The position numbers and the translations under genes were made by a program. Shown one piece after another: positions 58,001 to 64,000 of a DNA stretch of 64,000 nucleotides. The stretch lies in NCBI GenBank assembly GCA_043812915.1, contig JBDRLQ010000012.1:24308-88307 (forward strand), written 5' to 3'. Within the stretch, counting starts at the first letter, position 1. Each line of letters begins with the position of its first letter. The notes under the pieces are model-generated. The model worked only from the letters and a program-made list of their open reading frames with translations, had not been told where the DNA came from and searched no databases. The DNA comes from Candidatus Micrarchaeota archaeon. Lineage in GTDB: Archaea; Micrarchaeota; Micrarchaeia; Anstonellales; Bilamarchaeaceae.

Positions 58001-59138
58001 TCTCAATGGCTTCAAGGGCACGCTGCCCCCACCATCCTGATGACAGCCTGGCCGCCCTGGAATCTGCAAGGGCCTCTGCCCTCCTCACAAGCTCATCACT
58101 GCTCTGCGCCAGCGTCATTGGCTGCATTCTTCCTGTCAGCGTTTGGTATCTCCTGCTCAGTTCGCTCAGTTCTTCCGCGGTGACAGAATCCCTGCGCATC
58201 ACATCACGGAGCCTTGTTATCATCGCAGTGACATCCCTGCCAAGCTCAGTGAGCATCCTCTGCCTGTCCGCGTCCATCTCAAGTTCCCTGAGCGTTCCAA
58301 GCTCACTTTCCAGGGTGGTGTTCCACATGGCCAGGGTCTCGATGTCCTGGCGCCGCAGCTGCATTATTATCTGTTCCATCTGCCTCCTGAAATCAACAAG
58401 CATCCTGCGGTCCCCGCCCGCCTGCTCTCCACTGTATTCCACACCGGCTAGCGAATCGTTTCCGCGGTCGATTATGAAATCAATGAGCGCGTCCCTCTGT
58501 AGCCTGATGCGCTCATCCTCTGCGTTGTATTCCGCGTTGTACCTGATATACTCACGGACGGCCTGCCATCCGATGTATGCCCTATCCCTGTTGCCTGTTC
58601 CCAGGTCCCGGAACAGGTTCTCAACACCGTTAAGGAAAAGCTCATATCTCTCCTGGTTCATTCCAGGCGGCCTTCCTATGCTCACCACCTGGTGCACCAA
58701 GTCTACTGTGACTGCCAGGCCGCGGAGTTTCGCGCGCACTTCCCCGTACACATCCATCGCCCGCGCCCGGTCCGCTTCGCCATCGCTCTGGCTCAGCCTG
58801 ACGGCCAAATCTGCAAGCCCAAGGATGTGCCTCTCCTCATTCTGGAATCTCCTCTCCCCCATTATCGTGATTCCTGCAATTCCGATGTCGCCGAGCATCT
58901 CGCCCACGCATTCCATCTCGGCCCTCATGTCCTCAAGCGGAACCCTCTGCTGCAGGCTGCCCGCGTATGCCCTGAGGGAATCCCTGACTTCCAGTGCCCG
59001 GTCGAGTTCACGCACAAGCTCCTGGGGCAGCCCCTCTCTCCTTGGAATCATGCCGCTAAGCCTTCCAGCCAGCGTTGGTGTGATGGATGCCAGCACACCT
59101 GCATCCTCTCTTCTTCTTGTTCCTAGTGTTCCGCTCAT
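49017..59138 (-). CDS. Giant orphan protein (3373 aa), helical, with internal hydrophobic segments
   Basis: 10.1-kb ORF; GAGGTGG SD; TAATG overlap with the next gene. Confidence 0.82.
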   Translation of the reverse strand: MSGTLGTRRREDAGVLASITPTLAGRLSGMIPRREGLPQELVRELDRALEVRDSLRAYAGSLQQRVPLEDMRAEMECVGEMLGDIGIAGITIMGERRFQNEERHILGLADLAVRLSQSDGEADRARAMDVYGEVRAKLRGLAVTVDLVHQVVSIGRPPGMNQERYELFLNGVENLFRDLGTGNRDRAYIGWQAVREYIRYNAEYNAEDERIRLQRDALIDFIIDRGNDSLAGVEYSGEQAGGDRRMLVDFRRQMEQIIMQLRRQDIETLAMWNTTLESELGTLRELEMDADRQRMLTELGRDVTAMITRLRDVMRRDSVTAEELSELSRRYQTLTGRMQPMTLAQSSDELVRRAEALADSRAARLSSGWWGQRALEAIEREDAMMAELCISMGVLQTVAAEHGLGGRDRYLREETVSEIAIAATEGRRAGQLQMVNWASTVDTAVLYANTYRIAGNSGQALGAMRTSIAEEARRRLDAGEADEARRLILMAVQFLQAAPARGGRWPGRDILLAALGTELEGRDASVFFSQGLNMVQLGSSSEELRGRLGSWGSGLRAQRALVQSGLTRVDALLLEDRFQEARSLLTSLVMYADTLERFGVRREVRGSVTIASLRDEWSGARMETALRGLIQGRDSVEVFGSAWRSAQASALELYAADLRELAERNPVGRAVITRAIAVGLRRARTDLTAAYRTLDMVGAYYGDGGARYTAMTSEGALPGYVQGRETMLRAIRLELEAETDRERGAAVQLFEDGRLQVDSTAELTSAARNLRTDYDGRTEDLPEILRTGTEESPRMQRLWSSLRAAASRGDVAEYRRLAEQLGRAYPEVAGPLMENECRSARDEALRTLRAMTGESSPRALFTLWRRGWRMDDTIISEEGFQLQRANREAGRLEGRLAALLEDMADPDLIGGTGWGEHFNAVMDEYVQFAADIERFRRSGEAFSTVRRDLRLLRSEEAAVQATTTVAPSPSWTLEHIEAARMHLQNTARMLSSLSTSFETISLEYGAAADETRQAMHFWRAIPADAAARRRQEGGHDLDFYVSARTNWFNHILWLDRPAEAVEVPAEDLADEARALMDASSRAAYLEQVMLCVPARGVERITGPVVTRAIRLAGDMLTMPQPPGEGRRPMTAEESVRFQEAMRQWEARRAERGAYVSDVGAAQERIQAMALSGVSMEQMEQQVSQLLGQQRMDQLSVDVTAFAAGVASSLIPGVGPLISTSIFMTLGFRGAVIQQRVEGRVAPTTWVMLGGLAVTAGLSSVAGVFQTAGRAALETHRWASMTREMTHFYQAQRMFGIARGITIANMGIGGAFMATMGYGAYQAFQAGHFDEGVVHAGMALFPLVHIGGAHLRARARAEAWRETMLDLETSGGGGRGGGGGQARALADDLAGRAFFQLTSTERVARAQALANHENLVAYAGELAGLDPVARLRILQRELPANVVPHVQALFESPAFMTYARTGVESPLSGTRITISVEEIAGAVGAEPVRPPIRGTADEIAAQITAADLVRELQGAGRGVFLNDLTLIAPGSRAGRVAAADAARRLRQLPEGTMEIVDPLISDAMAEARQLGTPEGLRNFIREISGESADVQARVLGRLSPSIRAEIFRSLGIEAQPGQSLAQVLEANPLGTNPVVRALRGRTIPTELTIAAEAIDGFVSPVDAARLDAAAGEIEGMMPAYMIDALTAPGRGGAAPAQFVETPFGTVQVIPARGGGGGPRRPTVRASADETTGTAGGRLDEMRQAPAPEPPPAQAPAQREERPAGPPGRMQPRRRRAHQRGYRLGLARGRRGDVANPRAETDRPAGALGNAFDEGYARGYTEGERARQRGERGGSAPPQLTGIDQSYISGNAPYQALMRRFGLEFGRRLGDPTAAPEVVEVMQALFDEMNRLPPNSRQSLLDTLQKMYAMEHVRAAMDHNSPMYQRLSDPEVFGRVDLEAIERRQAARIEDMGEISGERVRRLVDSGAAEQIPRVFEPYEIARIVEILEGRRSGRDARARVETPDGVESAGYVPLQESRRLLLGERGEETVLTAPERAAGLVALNDLGIVPGEMINLGATDRAPIATALQEAGLDAGSGRTPVLRALNEALEHALRAGGNRRTSLDSAVSAARSDPIVRDTILENLPAAEEGTLGHTLGDVLYRTLNGQSGEVNMVDALNTALRDPMVREAVIASLEGRGLGRAAANEAWDAYVGAFNGIRPEQRGVPEGQRTTGNPLEILREMGTRRTPGLSTRGREPAGEVAREIADFMEAIEMLDSEYLRDVAIFDRQVRGAGPLREAVEARSIYETRDLQISQQESRTAEGYMLSDDLINWADFGRRWFGIGVTPRTWRTSGRLGAAADFMAFGQFGRSLPTRDALAPLGFWGRAGRLWSQPRWGMAMLSLMTDAALAGVVIGLPTALAVYRFMYQDERVGREELQARYQRLATELGRRLNIEITTEDIEDAVRRDATRIPMSEGNLEWIGSSPELRDFIDNNLLLRIPGARDVRPGEAVGTIEDSVGWLRTQLERTDPVVDPARLNDLLTDLRQTWTALQPRLGQINGYLASMRSGRGSEAAEASLRSACTELGLDFEVARGLDRITFNDLYELRRGNWIENNFLLTSSDWTARAFAADTGIDIRTTEGRRAAEYLGNHPETFIFLFRGYMEGRIPRAYMMDAIESLRTAPRGQQEAARVGPREPPLSQDAITAIRGVLEAPIQPTGGRIAELNREHGAGSVDAVRGIIELEGRLRTRLASATPPLYLGDVTVARRVEGAQTEVTVPRAVRAGIVQDFLDQLDFQSIGSPQMREQFQDIVVRYSGDAEAWERLRTFTLPPGTAVYGDRLPTAEERTAYRAGGFRPGPHEMVLERGMWRVAEIIANSPTQAAAIATLQRAGYLLRPISTVRGVPIHLYNWDPRFRWDRRAASFVFDSVHSSDDLTIGLANWIEANHQGLNWVRRDEEGREVPERHEYDIVRYLMRNLSRDVAGLSPEALERRLDQLVGTRESPGVFMRPPRMWWNAEARPPPMSRTAEDRRSRPPEELLYGYQPTRGRGAGGSVPGARVVSEVALTPYMLTALGDLMTDAHAGGMRTYVGNSVGQLARLSLNPDARAATRGRISRQLRGMGIFVAGTFEEPIVAPVVRMNEEQMNTFVATLPGGAEGEIAGAARAMWGRLRPPAEGEESSRARRQALRNLELYIRARENEGRTAQEVVVTGDVMQLLRARVDAREGLEAEQRTRILEGLQRAIETDPDSWAEAQGFSRHENEIRLVGAQRAAAEARVDDIIEAMQNPRTAEEPEPAPETPPAQAEGVTVHGSIDTAIQRALRGSGLSASRHAPLITQLRSDIGAHSADAAWMRQRGLHVDGGAVRIDRPSSFNGWVSAMIQAEIAMRAGEE

Positions 59139-59151
59139 AATCCATCCACCT

Positions 59152-59523
59152 CTATGAATACGTAAAGCAAATCAGGATGAATTCCCGCAGCCGGCTCACC
59201 CGCTCGCTGTCGGTTTCCTTATCCTTCCTGGCCTTCTGCGCTCCCGTGTACCATTTGCCCAGCGCGGCCCTGTACCTCTGGAGCTGCCTGACGTCATTGT
59301 ACATCTCATCCGGATGCGTTTTAGTCCGGTCCCACTTGTGCAGGAACTTGTCGAGGGAAGCGAGAGTCGATTTCACTCTTTTGAGGGTGTCGTCCTCAAG
59401 CATTCCCAGGTCTTTTTTCTTTATAGAAAGAGGAAGCCCCTTGGAGGCATTGGCCTTGGCGGCCTTTTTCGTTACGCGCCTGGAAGCTTTTTTTCCGGTT
59501 TTTTTGTTTTTCTTTTTCACCAT
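59152..59523 (-). CDS. Basic hypothetical protein
   Basis: AAGGTG SD; Lys-rich N-terminus then helical domain; 13 nt upstream of the giant ORF. Confidence 0.65.
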   Translation of the reverse strand: MVKKKNKKTGKKASRRVTKKAAKANASKGLPLSIKKKDLGMLEDDTLKRVKSTLASLDKFLHKWDRTKTHPDEMYNDVRQLQRYRAALGKWYTGAQKARKDKETDSERVSRLREFILICFTYS

Positions 59524-59672
59524 GGAAAGGCACCTTGGCAATAGTACTACAGGGTGAAAAATACACGACATTTACATTTATAAATGCCATTCGTATCGGA
59601 ACGATGTCCACCCTGCGGTGCCTTTTCAGAAATGTCAATCAAAAAAGAAGGAAAAATGAAAAAAGAAAAAAA

Positions 59673-61295
59673 TCATTGCTCGGCTTTCTGCAGCTGCCTG
59701 AGCGCTTCGGTAATCTGGTCAACGTCGCTCTTGAACTGGCGCTTCTCCCTCTTTGTCGGACGCTCTCTCATCCTGAGGGTAACTTCGTCTCCCTTGATGG
59801 CAAGGTCTAGCCCCCGCCTGGAAGCCCATCTCCTGGCCTCACCGTTGTCAAAGTCATAAGAGCCGTCCTTGGTTCTTGCCTCTCTCATCACTCTTGCGAC
59901 CAGCTGCTCCATCACCTTCGGGTGCATGCCTGGCGCAACTTTGAATTCGTTGAGCAGCTCGGTTATGCCCTTGACCATCACGCTGGACTGGGAATCATCC
60001 TCAGCGCCCATTTCTCCAATCGGGCCTCCGCCGCCTCTTATATGCTTGAAGAACCTCTGGGATGGCTGTGAGCCCCAGGTAAGGATCTCCATTTCCTGGT
60101 CGCCCTGCTCAAGGTTGTACTCCGGGCCATCCTCGCCGCGCGGCTCTATAAGCGGGCGGATCGCGATTACCAGCCTGTTAAGGTTCGCCGGAATCAGCTC
60201 ATGCGTCCTTGTTGCGACTGTAGGGTCCCTCTTGGTGCCCCTCTCCGGAGCCTTCTCCGGGGCGTACTTGAGCAGGAATCCTCTTAGCTTGTCATTCTGG
60301 AGCACATATTCGCGCTGCTCAGGCTCCATGAATCCTGCCAGGTGCGAGATGCTCTGCTCCTTTATCCATCGGTTGAATGCTGTGGTCCTGTCAGTTAAAA
60401 TCCCTTCGGAAGTGCCATCCTGTGCCGCTTCCTGGATTGCCAGCCTGAGGGTCTGCGACTGGTAGATGTGGAGCGAGCCTCCATCTTCCCTTGCCGCGGC
60501 CTTTGCCCTGACAAGGCTTATGAACCTGTCAGCGCGGCTGGCCTGCCCTTCACCGGCTTCTGCAGAAATGTCAAGGAAGTGCGAGGTTCTAGGAACAGTC
60601 TTGTTGGCCATGCCCCTGAAGAACTCATCAAGCGTAACCCTTCCTCCCGGGTCATCCCTCTCTGTTACATGAATATGCCTGTGGTTTGCGAGGAATTCGA
60701 TATTCCTGCTGTCACTGACGCCGTAGCGGCTCCTGTAGTCCTCGCGCGTTCCGTCAACCAGGACGTTGGCGGCAACGAGCAGCCTTGTGCTCCGTGGGTT
60801 CTGGAAATGCTCCACCCCTGGTATGAATCTATCCCAGTTCGGGTATGGCGCTGCCTTCCCGGCGGCTTCTGCAGCTTCGTTCTCCGCAAGCTGCCTCCTC
60901 CGCTCATCACTTTCGATGCGGTTCATCAGCTTGACAAGATTGTTCACAGAGCCCTCCTCCCGGCTCATCACAAGCCCGTCAGCGCGCGGAACGAAAACAA
61001 GCCTTGGCATGTTCTTGGCGGTCCTTCCCCGCTTGCTGGTCTCTGCCTTTGCAGGAGCCTTTTCCGGAGCTTTTGCAGGTGCCGCGGCCGCTTTTGTGGC
61101 TGTGCTTGCGCCAGCGCTTTCATTGCTCTCGCTTCCTCCACACCCCATGCAGCCTCCTGCGCAGCCTGTTAGCCCCCCTAAAATTGTAACTGCCAGCGGA
61201 CCAACTGCACGCTTGTACCACGGCCTTCTGGTCTCATTGGCCTGTATGGCCCCTGTTGGCTTCAGTTTCCTGTCCTTGCTATTGGTTTCTGCCAT
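59673..61295 (-). CDS. Orphan protein with lipoprotein-like signal (540 aa)
   Basis: Basic leader then LAVTILGGLTGC; A/K/P linker. Confidence 0.72.
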   Translation of the reverse strand: MAETNSKDRKLKPTGAIQANETRRPWYKRAVGPLAVTILGGLTGCAGGCMGCGGSESNESAGASTATKAAAAPAKAPEKAPAKAETSKRGRTAKNMPRLVFVPRADGLVMSREEGSVNNLVKLMNRIESDERRRQLAENEAAEAAGKAAPYPNWDRFIPGVEHFQNPRSTRLLVAANVLVDGTREDYRSRYGVSDSRNIEFLANHRHIHVTERDDPGGRVTLDEFFRGMANKTVPRTSHFLDISAEAGEGQASRADRFISLVRAKAAAREDGGSLHIYQSQTLRLAIQEAAQDGTSEGILTDRTTAFNRWIKEQSISHLAGFMEPEQREYVLQNDKLRGFLLKYAPEKAPERGTKRDPTVATRTHELIPANLNRLVIAIRPLIEPRGEDGPEYNLEQGDQEMEILTWGSQPSQRFFKHIRGGGGPIGEMGAEDDSQSSVMVKGITELLNEFKVAPGMHPKVMEQLVARVMREARTKDGSYDFDNGEARRWASRRGLDLAIKGDEVTLRMRERPTKREKRQFKSDVDQITEALRQLQKAEQ

Positions 61296-61300
61296 CGTAA

Positions 61301-63997
61301 TCACTCTCCTCCATCAGGGGTGTTTCCAGCAGGCCCCCCATCTCCCTCGGGCTCGCATGCCCCTCCATCACAGTCATCCTGCGCTTCTGTTCCAGGTCCA
61401 GCATCAGCCTGCGCTGCGTTCTGCCCGCCTTCCTGCCTCCGGGCGCCAGCGCCACTCCTTGAGCCTCCCCTGCCTCTGCTTGGGGGCGCGCTCTCGGACT
61501 CGGCAGGCTGCTGGAGAACCAGGTCCCCTCCCGCCCTTGCGTGGTGCGCGAAAACATTCCTCTGCGGATAGCGCTGCAGGTACCTGAGCGACTCTGCGTC
61601 GATTCCAGGGAACGTGGCTCTCATGTGCGCATCGAATTCTTCCTGCGGAAGCATGTGCAGCTGCGCCGGGTCATAAGAAACGAAATCACCATTTTCAGGA
61701 GTTGGCCTTGGAGCTCCGTTCGAGAAACTCACAGGGTTGCTCACCCATCCAGCCGGCCATCCGAAACTCCATCCTCCAGGAAGCGGCAGGGTGAAGTATC
61801 CGGACGGGAAGCCGTAGAATGTCTCCCTGTATGCGTCATGGAGCGGGCTCTCCGCGTACCAGAAGTCTGACATCTCCCCTTCAAGACCTGCGAGCCTTGT
61901 TCCTTCATCTCTCCTCCTGATTCTTTCCTCGCGGTAAACATCCCCGCCAGTCAGCAGTGAGTGGGTCCCCAGCAGAACTGAATTCGTCAGCCCGACAACA
62001 CCGACTCCGATGAACGGGGTTAGGATTGCAGCCCCAAGAATTCCCCTTCTGAGGCCGAAACCGTGTTCGAAGCCCTTTCTCTTTATTTTTTCCCATCCTG
62101 TTAGCTTTTCAACATCCCTCTTCGGCTGGATATACCCGAACCTGTCGGTCATGTATCCCTGCGGGAGCGTCCAGAGCCAGGTCGGGCCGAGCACTGCCAT
62201 TGAAGCGCCCCTTAGCAGTCTCCACTGCCATTTTGTCCTGTTGTTTTCATTATCCCAGTTCTTCCATCTTCGGAGAAGCGGGCTTCCGAACGGCCAGAGG
62301 AGCTTGTACCCGAACTGCCTGAGTTTCGGGAAACGCGAAGGCTCTGCCTGCACTGTGCCATCAGCATTCTGAACGTATTTTACCGGAATGTGATTGGCCA
62401 TTCCCCCATCAAGCCATTTGAAAGGCGCATAAATTACTTTCTTCGTCTTCGCGATAATCTTGGGCCCGTGTCCGAAGTCCCAGAGCTTCCAGAGCCCCCT
62501 GAACATTCTCTCAAGGCCGGTCATCTGGGCAACCTGCGGCGCACTTCCCTTCTGCCTGTCGAGGCCTCCATCATAGGTCGCGTTCATGATGAGCATCTGG
62601 TCATCCATCTCCTCGCTCGCAGCTTCCACGACTGCCCTCATCGGGTTGATCTTGTTCCGGAGCTGCTTCCTGTTTGTTTCGACAGCGGCTTTGAGCTCAT
62701 CTGTGGACTGCTCAAGGTCGCCGACAGATTCGGCCAGCTTCATAAGCTCTCCTTTCAGGCTGCCGATGGACTGCTCTCCATCCTCTTCATCCAGAACTGT
62801 CTGGGGGATTTCTGCCGCCCTGATGCTGGCCATGAGCTTTGTGATGTTTAGCGCGAGCCCCGCCTTCTTCAGCTTGAAGAGTTCGGATTCCTTTCCCTTT
62901 TCTCCACCATCAAACTCCAAAATTGTCTTTGGCTTTTCGCCCTCTACAGCTTCAATCTTCTTGCCGGTGATTTTTGGCTCGTCGTGCTTCGGCTTGTAGC
63001 TGTCAAGCGCTTCCCTTTCGGCCACCAGCCCGTCAATGCCTGCAAGTGCAGACATCAGGACCTTATTCTGGTTCCTTGCCGCGCTGAACAGCTCCGGGTT
63101 GCCCTCAAGCTGCTTTGATATCGGGTCTGATGAGTTTATGAGCGCTGATGCGAGGTTGCTCGCGACTAGCGCCGCCCTTCCCTTCGCCTCGGACTGCGCC
63201 ATCATCATTGAGGCATGCTGGGGCCTTAGTGTGTCAAGGGAATTCGTTAGTGCCCTGATTTCTCCCTCAAGGGTCGCAATCTCCCTTTCCACTGTTGGCT
63301 GGTTGCTATCATCAGTCTCCCCTCCCCTCATTTTTTGGAGAGTCTTCTTCTTGCCTGCAAGCGCTCCTGATTTGCGCTCAAGCTCCGCCTCCTTGGCCTC
63401 AAGATTGCTTTTGACGGCTGTAATTTCATCGGCAGTCGGTATCTTAAGCCCAAGTCCAGGAACCCCCAGATTCTTGGTTTCCTTCTCCCCGTCTGAATTT
63501 GTGACTTCGTATGTCACTTCCCTGTCCGCGGGAGTTGTAATCACCGTAAATGCGAGTTCTTCTGCAATCGCCCTTGCCTTTGCAAACTGCGCATCGACCT
63601 TTCCCTTAATATAGGATTTGGCAGTCTCCTCGCTCATTATCTTCGGTAGGTTCTCCCTTTTGGGCTGGTCTGCCGAGCCGATAACATAAAGCACCTTTGC
63701 AAGGTTGTGGAGCACAGAGCCCATATACTGGCCCATCTTCTCTCCTGGATGCATGGTCTCTCCCCAGGTCTCAATTGCTGAGAACAACACGTCCTGGGGT
63801 GTCCTGCCATTCCATCCGCTTTCAGGGCCCATTGCCGCCATGGTCGCGACAATGATGCTCATCTGATGGTCGTTAAAATCATCGGTCCATGGAGTGTCCC
63901 GTGCAAACTTTGCGGCCTCTTCTGTATTTGCAGTGCCGTTCACCCTCATGCTCTCTGCCACCAGAAGGTTGCCAATGTCCTGCCTGTTCCTTTCCAT
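61301..63997 (-). CDS. Orphan coiled-coil membrane protein (at least 898 aa; frame open at the window edge)
   Basis: Heptad-rich segment, two hydrophobic segments in the C-half, low-complexity tail. Confidence 0.75.
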   Translation of the reverse strand: MERNRQDIGNLLVAESMRVNGTANTEEAAKFARDTPWTDDFNDHQMSIIVATMAAMGPESGWNGRTPQDVLFSAIETWGETMHPGEKMGQYMGSVLHNLAKVLYVIGSADQPKRENLPKIMSEETAKSYIKGKVDAQFAKARAIAEELAFTVITTPADREVTYEVTNSDGEKETKNLGVPGLGLKIPTADEITAVKSNLEAKEAELERKSGALAGKKKTLQKMRGGETDDSNQPTVEREIATLEGEIRALTNSLDTLRPQHASMMMAQSEAKGRAALVASNLASALINSSDPISKQLEGNPELFSAARNQNKVLMSALAGIDGLVAEREALDSYKPKHDEPKITGKKIEAVEGEKPKTILEFDGGEKGKESELFKLKKAGLALNITKLMASIRAAEIPQTVLDEEDGEQSIGSLKGELMKLAESVGDLEQSTDELKAAVETNRKQLRNKINPMRAVVEAASEEMDDQMLIMNATYDGGLDRQKGSAPQVAQMTGLERMFRGLWKLWDFGHGPKIIAKTKKVIYAPFKWLDGGMANHIPVKYVQNADGTVQAEPSRFPKLRQFGYKLLWPFGSPLLRRWKNWDNENNRTKWQWRLLRGASMAVLGPTWLWTLPQGYMTDRFGYIQPKRDVEKLTGWEKIKRKGFEHGFGLRRGILGAAILTPFIGVGVVGLTNSVLLGTHSLLTGGDVYREERIRRRDEGTRLAGLEGEMSDFWYAESPLHDAYRETFYGFPSGYFTLPLPGGWSFGWPAGWVSNPVSFSNGAPRPTPENGDFVSYDPAQLHMLPQEEFDAHMRATFPGIDAESLRYLQRYPQRNVFAHHARAGGDLVLQQPAESESAPPSRGRGGSRSGAGARRQEGGQNAAQADAGPGTEAQDDCDGGACEPEGDGGPAGNTPDGGE

Positions 63998-64000
63998 ATG

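Noticed and set aside
48886..59157. Long plus-strand ORFs (e.g. 348 and 445 aa) opposite the giant gene
   Set aside because: Ser/Ala-rich antisense shadows of a GC-rich coding strand, with no motifs.
61279..61557. Alternative frame overlapping the tail of the 898-aa ORF (possible frameshift)
   Set aside because: The main frame ends 5 nt before the next start, with plausible coupling; no BHB or clear slippery site seen. Unresolved without homologues.
35726..64000. Provirus or mobile island interpretation of the giant-gene region
   Set aside because: No integrase, terminase, capsid, transposase or att repeat seen in the window; SD motifs match the host genes, and the first stop overlaps trm56.

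Overview
Archaeal genomic segment, most likely Micrarchaeota (DPANN). This is inferred from a ~390-aa three-unit-type EndA, intron-rich tRNAs including tRNA-Ile(UAU), PolD DP1, the psmB-aCPSF1 pair and Trm56. The first ~35.7 kb is mostly housekeeping and cell-surface genes, with three tRNA genes carrying five bulge-helix-bulge (BHB) introns. Highlight 1: the RNase HII gene is split by a 31-nt BHB-type intron inside its DEAGRGP catalytic motif, i.e. a protein-coding-gene intron. Its splice junction matches a tRNA-Ile intron junction in the same window, and endA lies 3.4 kb away. Highlight 2: the last ~28 kb is a mostly minus-strand cluster of giant orphan proteins (1912, 1590, 737, 3373, 540 and 898 aa). 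Four of them are essentially lysine-free. Two are paralogues ending in outer-membrane-beta-barrel-like domains with a terminal Phe, one has an intact SGNH hydrolase, and one has translocator-like hydrophobic hairpins. Together they are a candidate undescribed host-interaction/delivery system. All calls are by eye; no searches were run.
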